64,000 bases of DNA from Chitinivibrionales bacterium (GTDB taxonomy: Bacteria > Fibrobacterota > Chitinivibrionia > Chitinivibrionales > WJKA01): contig WJLW01000083.1 of NCBI GenBank assembly GCA_014728295.1, positions 149,860 to 213,859 on the forward strand. Direction: 5' to 3'. Each line of letters begins with the position of its first letter. Within the stretch, counting starts at the first letter, position 1. Under the pieces are notes generated by a model that saw only the letters and a program-made list of their open reading frames with translations, had not been told where the DNA came from and searched no databases. Made by a program: the position numbers and the translations under genes. This document shows positions 30,260-38,170 of the stretch, piece by piece.

Positions 30260-30694
30260 ATGCTTCGTGGAATATCGCCTGTAGTTTCTCCCGAAATGCT
30301 GTCGGTGCTCTATCGCATGGGTCATGGTGACGAAATCGTTCTGGCCGATGCGCATTTTCCCGGCGAAACATATAACCATCGAATTGTTCGCGCCGACGGG
30401 ATTACCATACCGGATCTGCTCGCCGGCATTCTGCCCCTGTTTGTGCTTGACGAATACGTCGACGCACCGGTAATCATGATGCTGGCGGTCGAGGGAGATA
30501 CGCCGGACCCCGCCGTTGAGAAATCGTATGTAAACGTCATCAACAATCAGTATCCCCACACTCCCGCCCCGCTGCGCATGGAGCGATTCGCTTTTTACCA
30601 TCGCGCACAAGAAGCATTTGCCGTCATCATGTCCGGTGATACGGCAAAATATGGCAACGTAATCATAAAAAAGGGCGTAACCCCGGTTGTCTGA
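30260..30694 (+). CDS. RbsD/FucU-family sugar mutarotase / pyranase
   Basis: An ATG at 30260 with a GAAAGGA Shine-Dalgarno sequence starts [34 protein letters not shown]. This closely matches the FucU/RbsD N-terminus ([27 protein letters not shown]). Confidence 0.75.
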   Translation: [144 protein letters not shown]

Positions 30695-30715
30695 TCTTCC
30701 AACAAAGGAGCTCTC

Positions 30716-31300
30716 ATGAGAAAATTGACTCTTGCCTGTCTGATCATCGTAAATGTCGTGCTGACATCTGTTGCCGCGCCGCCGGCGCCCGTGCTCAAAG
30801 AAATACGGATTACCCAAACCGGCCTGCTCAAATCAATCGTCGTCGAGGCGTACAATTTCAACATTGTCCTTGATTCGGTCGGTAGCATCATCGGTGTGGA
30901 AACGTTCGCATCCCCTGGTGACAAGAGCAACTACTCGATCGAAAAGGACCGTATCAAAAGCCAGCTCGATAAAAACATCTACTGCGTTTTTAATGGCGGT
31001 GAGTTGCGTCACATTGATGAATTGCAGTTTACGTATAATCGTACCCAAAACGATCGCGTCGACATGATCGGCACGATGAAAATTGACTACGAATCCAAGC
31101 TGGGCAAGCTCGGACGCGTCGAACGGATCGGCGGATTCACGATCACCTATAGCTACCCGCAGGCCAAGGTTAAATCGATCGGCAGTATCGAATTTTATTA
31201 CGACATCGACAATAAACGTATCGAGCGATTTGCCTCACGCTCGACCGACAGGTCGAATCTGGTGGTGAAAATATTTCATCCGGCAGAAGATTTCCGCTGA
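30716..31300 (+). CDS. Hypothetical secreted protein
   Basis: The ATG has an AAAGGAG Shine-Dalgarno sequence, and the signal peptide is MRKLTLACLIIVNVVLTSVAAPPAP. No motif is recognised. Confidence 0.45.
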   Translation: MRKLTLACLIIVNVVLTSVAAPPAPVLKEIRITQTGLLKSIVVEAYNFNIVLDSVGSIIGVETFASPGDKSNYSIEKDRIKSQLDKNIYCVFNGGELRHIDELQFTYNRTQNDRVDMIGTMKIDYESKLGKLGRVERIGGFTITYSYPQAKVKSIGSIEFYYDIDNKRIERFASRSTDRSNLVVKIFHPAEDFR

Positions 31301-31444
31301 TGCACGGCCGGCCGATACGATTGCAAACCACGGCGATTTTTTTTACTTGCATACATGCAGCTTCCAGGGTACATTTAAAAAAGAAGGGCATGTATTGCAT
31401 GCGGGTTCCTGCGTTTGCGGATTGATGCCTAACAAAGGAGATTC

Positions 31445-32557
31445 ATGGGCACGAACAACATCATTTTTCTTGAAGTAATCGAATGGTTCGACCCGGACGG
31501 CAGTGAAGTTGCACATCGTATTCCCGAAGAGGGTTCCGGCGAAATCAAATTCGGCGCGCAACTCGTCGTGCGGGAGTCGCAGGTCGCCGTCTTTTTTTAT
31601 AACGGAAAAGCGATCCAGGTCTTCGGCCCCGGGCGGCACACCCTGAAAACCGGTAACATTCCGGTGCTCACCAAGCTGATGAGCATTCCCTGGGGCATGA
31701 CCAGCCCGCTGCGCGCCGAGGTTTACTTCTGCAACATGAAGGTGTTCGCCAATCAAAAATGGGGAACCCGCGATCCGGTTGCGTTCAAGGACTCGGAGCT
31801 GGGGCTCATTCGCCTGCGGGCATTCGGTCATTTCAACTTCCGGATTATTCAGCCGCTGCTTTTTGTCAATTTCCTCGTTGGTACCGTCGCCAGTTTCGGT
31901 ACCGCAGACATCTCGGATTATCTCAGCAATCTAATCGTCTCCCGCTTCAACGACTACATGGGTGAAAACCTCGATTCTCTTCTTAGTCTGCCGGCGCAGT
32001 ATGATGAAATGGGTGAAGGGCTGCTCAGCAAGATTCAGCACGACTTTGCCTCATTTGGATTGAGCCTGCATCAACTACTGATCAACTCCATCACGCCGCC
32101 GCCCGAAGTGCAAAAGGCCATTGACGATCGCAGCAAGCTGGGCGTATTCGACAACCTCGACCAATTGACAAAGATGAAAACCGCCATGGCCATCGAAAAA
32201 GCTGCCGACAATCCCGGCGGTGCGGGCGAAGGCATGGGCATGGGACTCGGCTTCATGATGCCGGGCATGCTGTCACAACATTTTCAGCCGGCGCAGCCAA
32301 AGAGCGCAACGCAACAGTGCCCCGACTGTCGACAGGCGATCGCGCTGGACGCCCGGTTCTGCCCCCTGTGCGGCCACCAGATTCTGGTGTTTGACAAATG
32401 CGCAAACTGCGGCAAGAATCTGCAGCCGTCGGCGCAGTTCTGTTCGCGTTGTGGAGAGAAGGCTGCGCGCACAACGTCCAAAAAACATTGCAGCGCATGT
32501 GGTGCCGAAGCATTAGCAGATGCGAAATTCTGCAACCGGTGCGGTGAACAGCTCTGA
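31445..32557 (+). CDS. SPFH/band-7-domain protein with three C-terminal zinc ribbons (COG4260-like)
   Basis: The ATG has an AAAGGAG Shine-Dalgarno sequence. The body is SPFH-like (VRESQVAVFFYNGKAIQVFGPGRHTL). A Gly/Met-rich linker precedes three zinc ribbons: CPDC..CPLC, CANC..CSRC and CSAC..CNRC. Confidence 0.75.
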   Translation: MGTNNIIFLEVIEWFDPDGSEVAHRIPEEGSGEIKFGAQLVVRESQVAVFFYNGKAIQVFGPGRHTLKTGNIPVLTKLMSIPWGMTSPLRAEVYFCNMKVFANQKWGTRDPVAFKDSELGLIRLRAFGHFNFRIIQPLLFVNFLVGTVASFGTADISDYLSNLIVSRFNDYMGENLDSLLSLPAQYDEMGEGLLSKIQHDFASFGLSLHQLLINSITPPPEVQKAIDDRSKLGVFDNLDQLTKMKTAMAIEKAADNPGGAGEGMGMGLGFMMPGMLSQHFQPAQPKSATQQCPDCRQAIALDARFCPLCGHQILVFDKCANCGKNLQPSAQFCSRCGEKAARTTSKKHCSACGAEALADAKFCNRCGEQL

Positions 32558-33932
32558 TTTCAGATTAGAATTCCAGTGCCCGCAATGCGGCGCCCCGGTC
32601 ACGATCGTGGAAAACGACCGGCTCTTTGCATGTCCCTTTTGCAAAGTAAAGCACATAATACATTCGACGAGTCACTGGTGTTTTTACCTTCCCGCGGCCC
32701 AAGGCGTTCATTCGCAGATATACTATGTTCCGTACTGGCGCTTTAAAGGCATCGAGTATCGCCGCCGCAACAACGAAGTTACCGGGACGATCATTGACAG
32801 GAGCGCAATCGCCTTTGATGTCGATGAATTCCCGCCGTTTCTCGGGTTCAAGGCGCAAATCCACCGGGCCAAACTCCGTATGGCTACTCCGGATGTCAAT
32901 GGGTATTTCCTGCCGTTCACTCTGCATCGTGATGAGTTCATGTCCCGTATGGAGCGCGGCATTGCCGGCTCCCGCAAGCTGGGAGCCGTGCTCAATCAGG
33001 GCAACGACGGCGTCCCGGCGATGAAAGACCTGCTCTTCACACTCCAAAACAGCGAGTATCAGTCCGACCGCTACATTGCGCAAGCATCCCGCAACGCCAT
33101 GCAACGCAGCGCGATGCAACAAAAGAAGCAGGGCGAACTCAAGGACTACATCGGCGAGGTGCTGAGCATTATCTACTATCCCTACTATTTTGACGGCTAC
33201 CACGTTTACGACGGCATATCCCAACAGCAAATCAGCATGGCGCAATTTCCCGACAAAGTATCGCAAAAGCTGCTCAGAGCGCCGCGCTGGACTCCTTGCT
33301 TTTTGCCGACACTCTGCCCCAATTGCGGATGGGATCTGACCGGGCAGGCCGACAGCTTTGCCTATCAGTGCAAACACTGCTGCACTCTGTGGAGCGCGGG
33401 CAGCGGTGAGCTCAAGCAGCTCTCGTGTGCAATTCTGCAAACCGCTCACACGGCCGGCATCTATCTTCCCTACTGGTGCTTTCGCTTCCGTATCGCCGGG
33501 CAGAACATCGAATCATACGCCGATCTGATCCGTAACGCCTATCTGGCCAAAGTACCCACTCCCGAAATGGAAAAACTACCCTGCTGCATTTTCGTTCCCG
33601 CATTCAAAATCGCCCCCCGACCGTTCCTCAAATACGCCTTCCTCATGTCAAGCCGTCCCGTCGAGCTGCCGGCGCCGTCTTCAACCGTGCCAGAGCATAC
33701 TTTTGCACTGACCCTGCCGATGAATGAAGGCCGGGCAGCCGTGCCCCTGGTAGCCGCGCAACTGTTTCGCAGAAACAAAGACATTGCGCCGGCGATCACA
33801 AAAGAATCGGTGGAGGTATTTGATGCCCGCCTGGTGCTGATTCCCTTTGTATGCGGCGGGTATGAGTATACGCAGCCGGAGCTGAATTTTGCGGTGATTA
33901 AGAATACGGTGCAGTGGGGGAAGATGCTGTAG
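32520..33932 (+). CDS. Internally duplicated zinc-ribbon protein of unknown function, overlapping the 3' end of the SPFH gene
   Basis: The two halves each carry a CxxC..CxxC ribbon: CPQCG..CPFC followed by YYVPYWRFKG, and CPNCG..CKHC followed by YLPYWCFRFRIAG. The start is ATG at 32520 or GTG at 32544; either overlaps the upstream gene. Confidence 0.55.
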   Translation: MRNSATGAVNSSDFRLEFQCPQCGAPVTIVENDRLFACPFCKVKHIIHSTSHWCFYLPAAQGVHSQIYYVPYWRFKGIEYRRRNNEVTGTIIDRSAIAFDVDEFPPFLGFKAQIHRAKLRMATPDVNGYFLPFTLHRDEFMSRMERGIAGSRKLGAVLNQGNDGVPAMKDLLFTLQNSEYQSDRYIAQASRNAMQRSAMQQKKQGELKDYIGEVLSIIYYPYYFDGYHVYDGISQQQISMAQFPDKVSQKLLRAPRWTPCFLPTLCPNCGWDLTGQADSFAYQCKHCCTLWSAGSGELKQLSCAILQTAHTAGIYLPYWCFRFRIAGQNIESYADLIRNAYLAKVPTPEMEKLPCCIFVPAFKIAPRPFLKYAFLMSSRPVELPAPSSTVPEHTFALTLPMNEGRAAVPLVAAQLFRRNKDIAPAITKESVEVFDARLVLIPFVCGGYEYTQPELNFAVIKNTVQWGKML

Positions 33933-34013
33933 CAACCGGACGCTTGCGCCGCAGGATCTTCAACCAAGATGCGTATGTTTGAAATCATCGCCATACTTGA
34001 GCCCGTAAACCAC

Positions 34014-34604
34014 TCAACTCCCTGCCACATACACCAGAATCGGCGTTCGAAAAAGATCCGCAACGACCACCTTCTCACGCTCCCGCCATCCCGGAAAAGC
34101 AAAGGTATTACTAATCACCAGCGTCCCCGGACGGCACTCGCGCTCGATCTTTTCCTTCAGCCGCGCCATCGCCTTCGTGTAAAGAAAGCAGACAATACCA
34201 TCAGCCGGCGAAAGATCCTCGGCAAAAAAATCCTTCCGCATAAAAGTAACATTGCCGACTCGCAAAATACGCTTGAGCAGCAGCGAAAAGAGGTAGGGGA
34301 AGAGTGATATTTCGTATCCGACCACCCGCATATCGGGCGCCTTTCGGGCGATTGCGCAGGCCAGGGTTCCCCAGCCCGATCCCGTATCATAGACGACGCC
34401 TTGCGTGCGATACTTGCTCAGCATCGTGCAGATGTACCGGATTGAGCGGGGATTTGACGGAGAAGGCGATATGTTGCAGCGAACGGTGGATATCGTAACG
34501 GAAATGAGAATTGCCGCGAACAGGAGAGCAAGAGAAGCAGCGATACTAAGTGAGAATGTCACAAATGGAAACCGTCTCGATACGCCGTGGGCTGGAAGAT
34601 GCAC
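34014..34604 (-). CDS. Small class-I SAM-dependent methyltransferase with an N-terminal hydrophobic anchor
   Basis: VVYDTGSGWGTLACAIA is a motif-I-like DxGxGxG sequence. VVGYEIS is a motif-II-like acidic residue. An N-terminal hydrophobic stretch is present. Confidence 0.55.
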   Translation of the reverse strand: MHLPAHGVSRRFPFVTFSLSIAASLALLFAAILISVTISTVRCNISPSPSNPRSIRYICTMLSKYRTQGVVYDTGSGWGTLACAIARKAPDMRVVGYEISLFPYLFSLLLKRILRVGNVTFMRKDFFAEDLSPADGIVCFLYTKAMARLKEKIERECRPGTLVISNTFAFPGWREREKVVVADLFRTPILVYVAGS

Positions 34605-34643
34605 AATCGATGTTTCGCCGGATTCATTGTGCGTGCCGGGCGA

Positions 34644-35033
34644 TCACTTCTTGACCAGCTTGCTTTTTTTCTTCCAGGCGCCGTCTCCGGTTTCGAACAG
34701 CTCATTCCCGCCGGCTTTCTTGAAGATGCGCAGGGCATTGTTTTTGGCTACAGCGTTGGGTGTCGTTTCGGTTTCTTCGGCGATAATTTGGTAAAGCGCC
34801 TTGCGGTCGGTGTTTTCTGCCTGGATAAGCGCGGATGCATCCTCCGATGCGTTTTCGGTATCGACAAGTGCGACAAGACCATTGGTTTTTTCGCCGACAA
34901 TGCCTTGCGCCTTTAATTTCGTAATCGTTGCGAAGCGCTCTTTCATGCTCTGTTTGATGGTTGCCTTTTCTTGCGCGCCAACGCAGAGCGACAAGATGGA
35001 CGTAATGAGGCTCACCAGCGCGATGTTTTTCAT
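34644..35033 (-). CDS. ydbL: YdbL-family (DUF1318) periplasmic protein
   Basis: An ATG at 35031-35033 starts the signal peptide MKNIALVSLITSILSLCVGAQE. It is followed by ...KAQGIVGEKTNGLVALVD, typical of DUF1318. Its start overlaps the ynbE stop. Confidence 0.6.
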   Translation of the reverse strand: MKNIALVSLITSILSLCVGAQEKATIKQSMKERFATITKLKAQGIVGEKTNGLVALVDTENASEDASALIQAENTDRKALYQIIAEETETTPNAVAKNNALRIFKKAGGNELFETGDGAWKKKSKLVKK

Positions 35034-35034
35034 G

Positions 35035-35238
35035 TCAGCCTTCCTTTCCGGTACTTTCGACGCTTTCGTCAACTTCGATTTCATCTTCAAAATCAAAAAA
35101 CTCCTCCAGCTCCTGTTGCACCTTGACGTTGACATCCACGGTGATGTGAATCGGCTCGACTTTGTGCTTGACGGTTACCGTGGGTTGACAGGCAATCACC
35201 AGTAAGGTTGCGAACAGCATCAACAAACCATTTTTCAA
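35035..35238 (-). CDS. ynbE: YnbE-family small lipoprotein
   Basis: This is a 67-aa protein. The lipobox is MKNGLLMLFATLLVIAC, followed by QPTVTVKHKVEPIHITVDVNVKV, the YnbE-like pattern. It sits between ydbH-like and ydbL-like genes. Confidence 0.55.
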   Translation of the reverse strand: MKNGLLMLFATLLVIACQPTVTVKHKVEPIHITVDVNVKVQQELEEFFDFEDEIEVDESVESTGKEG

Positions 35239-35333
35239 CGCAAACCTCCGCGGCTAATGGTACTACCTGCTAATATACATAGAAGGTGCGCCCCCAATGC
35301 GATAATAACTGTCGACAGATCGCCACAGATTCA

Positions 35334-38051
35334 TCACCGGCCCTGTTTTTGACCGGCGGGTGAGACGAGGCTGTTTATCAGATAATCAAGCCCGTTGATA
35401 TTCACCGTCAACCCCCCGATCGGCACCCGGTTTTCGGTTGCCCCGCGCGGCCCGTATCCCTCGGCCCGTACCTGCGATTGCCACTCCTGAGAAGAGACGC
35501 GTGTAAAGTCTGCTTCGAGTCGGGAGTACTCCATATCCCGCAGTGCATCGAGCATCATCAACTGGGCAGTCTCTTGCGCAGTTGCGCCGGTGCGATCGAT
35601 ATCTTTTTTTATGCCCAGAATCTGCCTGGCGTATTTCTCGGACAACTGCAAACTGCCTTTCGGCGGATCGGCGCGCAGGTAGCCGTCACCAAAGGAGAGC
35701 AGCCACTTCGCCGCGGGGCGGATCGTAACCGGAATCTCGCCATGAATCGTGCCGCTTCCCTCAATGCCCTCGTAATCGAAAAAGGCCAGCACCTGTTTCA
35801 GGTCAATGTTTTTCATGCGCAGATCGAGGTCGGTTTGTGCAAAGTCGCTTGTGGGCTGAATGTCGTGCGCTTCGACGGTTCCGCCGGACCAGACAGCCGT
35901 AATCTGCCGGGGACTAAAAGGCATGCCGGCGTTAACGGTAAATTGGCAAATGCCGTCAGCGGCGCTAAAGTCGCCGATTGACGCACGAGAGAAACTGAAA
36001 CGCTGCACCGCATCGCTCATCAGGGGATCGAAATTGTCAATTGACAGCGTGCCGGCGATTCCGTTGACGACCAGGCCGGTCGATCGATGCCTGAGAACCC
36101 CATCGGCGAAACGAAACGTGGCCTCGCTCACCAGCGTGTCCCTGCGAAATCGCAATCGGGCCCTACCCTCGCATCTGCCTTCGTAAGCAAAGTCCGCCAC
36201 AAATCCTATCCACGGCTCAAGTTGTGCGCTTTTCGTGAGGCGTGAGGGAGGAGCCAGCACGTCGATGACGCCGGTCAACTCATCGCGGACAGCGAATCGA
36301 GCCGTTGCCGTGTAATTGAATTCAGAGGAAAAGCGGCCCTTTCCCGAAGCTGCCAGTGAGTCGTCGCCAAGCGAGTAGTCGCCCGCAATACCAGGCAACA
36401 CTTGTTCACCGACGAGCAGGGATTCAAAGTCGAACGCACCCCGAACACCTCCCGCCCCGCCGTGCAACGGTATCGTGACATGCGCATTCTTTATCCAGAG
36501 ATCAGCATTGTGATGAACGAGGTCGAAATTATTCAAAGCCAGTGAACCGCCGGTGGCGTCAAATGTTGAATCGAATTCAAGCTCGGCAACTACTGTATAC
36601 GGAACGAAGGAAAACAGATTGCTTTCATGTACAAAATCAATCATCGCTTCATCCGAAAACGCTTCCAGACGCACCACATGAGCGCCTTGCTTTGCGCTGC
36701 CGCGTGCCGTAACCAGAAAAGCGCCGGCATTATCAAAGGTAACGTCCTGGAACAGATTGTTTAATGAGGCCTGCAATTTCGCAGCACCTATTCTCTCTGC
36801 TTTGCAGGTCCATTTCAGTCGCTTCTTATCCAAATTAGCTTGTGCACGTGCGTCAAAGGAAGCCCCGTCAAGCCGGCTGCGAAGTTTGATACCGACTCTG
36901 CTGCGCGCCAGGTAGTCCAGATTGAAGCGCAGCGCGCCGATACCCAGCGGAGCCATGCGCAGGCTGTCCGCCAATACGACCCCCAGCGTATCGGCACGAA
37001 TTTCGGTAAAAAATCGAGTTCTGCCGGCATTGATCGAACCCGAGCTTTTTATATCGATAGTTCCACTGATTTTTTTAGTCTGCCCGAATAACCTCGAAAA
37101 CTGGTCGGCTTCGAGTTCATCGAAATAGGTTTCCCACCCACCGCGTCCCGTGCGCAGGTTGTAATTGACATGCAGGGTACAGGTTGCATCGAAAACTTGC
37201 AGGTGCGAAACCGTAATTGCGTTCAAATCGGGAGACAGACTGAGCTGTGATACGGCCCGGTCAAGCCTGAGGCGGGTCTTGCGCCGGTCAACCGCAACCG
37301 TCAGGCCGCAGGTATCAGTCTGCAATCGTGCTGCAATCAGTCCGGAAACCTGATCGTATTCGATAGTACCCCGGGCGCTAATGGAACTGCAGGGCGCCAG
37401 TCTAAACTGCTGCGTGTTGAATCCCTGGAAGTGCTTGGTCAGCTTTTCAATCGTGAGTGACCAGGTACCGGCTAAAACATGGTTGGCCGTCAGTTTGACG
37501 CTTCCCCGCATGAGCGGTTCATTGCTGTCGAAATTGAGCTGTACGGCGTTATCGGCAAGCAAGCACTCGATATGCCGAATCGCAAAGCCCGATTTGCCGC
37601 GTTCGTTTCCCGGGACAATCGTGGTGTGGTAAGCGTGTATGCTCTGAATTGACGGCTGCTTGAGATAGGAGATGAGCGGATTGAGCACTTCACGATAGCC
37701 GGCCCGTTGCTGCCCGGATATGCGGGACTGCTTGAGCTGCAGCGTCGTGTTGTCGATGCGCAAGGATTTCATTTTACCGCCGACGAATTTCAAGAATTCG
37801 AATTGCAGCGCACACCTTTTTACCAGCCCATGCATCTGATCGTTTTCAAACTCGAAATTGCGAATGACAATATTGGCAAACGAGACATGGCTTATGGCAA
37901 ACCGGGCATTGGTAAATCCGTTTCGAGTGAGGATACGATCTACGACATTCGAAACCAGCCGGGGACCGATGATATAGCTGGCAACCCCACCCAGAATCAG
38001 CAGGATGGCAAAAATGACGGCAATGCGTTTGACCGTGCGATTGAGTTTCAT
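35334..38051 (-). CDS. ydbH: YdbH-like AsmA-family large periplasm-spanning protein
   Basis: The protein is 905 aa with an N-terminal TM anchor (RIAVIFAILLILGGVASYII) and a long beta-rich body. It is in synteny with ynbE and ydbL, as in the E. coli ydbH-ynbE-ydbL operon. Confidence 0.6.
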   Translation of the reverse strand: MKLNRTVKRIAVIFAILLILGGVASYIIGPRLVSNVVDRILTRNGFTNARFAISHVSFANIVIRNFEFENDQMHGLVKRCALQFEFLKFVGGKMKSLRIDNTTLQLKQSRISGQQRAGYREVLNPLISYLKQPSIQSIHAYHTTIVPGNERGKSGFAIRHIECLLADNAVQLNFDSNEPLMRGSVKLTANHVLAGTWSLTIEKLTKHFQGFNTQQFRLAPCSSISARGTIEYDQVSGLIAARLQTDTCGLTVAVDRRKTRLRLDRAVSQLSLSPDLNAITVSHLQVFDATCTLHVNYNLRTGRGGWETYFDELEADQFSRLFGQTKKISGTIDIKSSGSINAGRTRFFTEIRADTLGVVLADSLRMAPLGIGALRFNLDYLARSRVGIKLRSRLDGASFDARAQANLDKKRLKWTCKAERIGAAKLQASLNNLFQDVTFDNAGAFLVTARGSAKQGAHVVRLEAFSDEAMIDFVHESNLFSFVPYTVVAELEFDSTFDATGGSLALNNFDLVHHNADLWIKNAHVTIPLHGGAGGVRGAFDFESLLVGEQVLPGIAGDYSLGDDSLAASGKGRFSSEFNYTATARFAVRDELTGVIDVLAPPSRLTKSAQLEPWIGFVADFAYEGRCEGRARLRFRRDTLVSEATFRFADGVLRHRSTGLVVNGIAGTLSIDNFDPLMSDAVQRFSFSRASIGDFSAADGICQFTVNAGMPFSPRQITAVWSGGTVEAHDIQPTSDFAQTDLDLRMKNIDLKQVLAFFDYEGIEGSGTIHGEIPVTIRPAAKWLLSFGDGYLRADPPKGSLQLSEKYARQILGIKKDIDRTGATAQETAQLMMLDALRDMEYSRLEADFTRVSSQEWQSQVRAEGYGPRGATENRVPIGGLTVNINGLDYLINSLVSPAGQKQGR

Positions 38052-38170
38052 CAGGCAACTGAGACGTCGGTGAATAGCAGTCTAGTAAAATACTTGCATT
38101 CGAGCCGGATAATAAGAGAGAGGGCGGTTTTGCCGGCCTCTCCCCGGAATCTGCCCGGTGCCGGGCACGC

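Noticed and set aside
32565-33449. 294-aa minus-strand ORF opposite the zinc-ribbon gene
   Set aside because: It is antisense. The sense strand carries paired CxxC ribbons and a repeated YxPYW motif, which are far more convincing.
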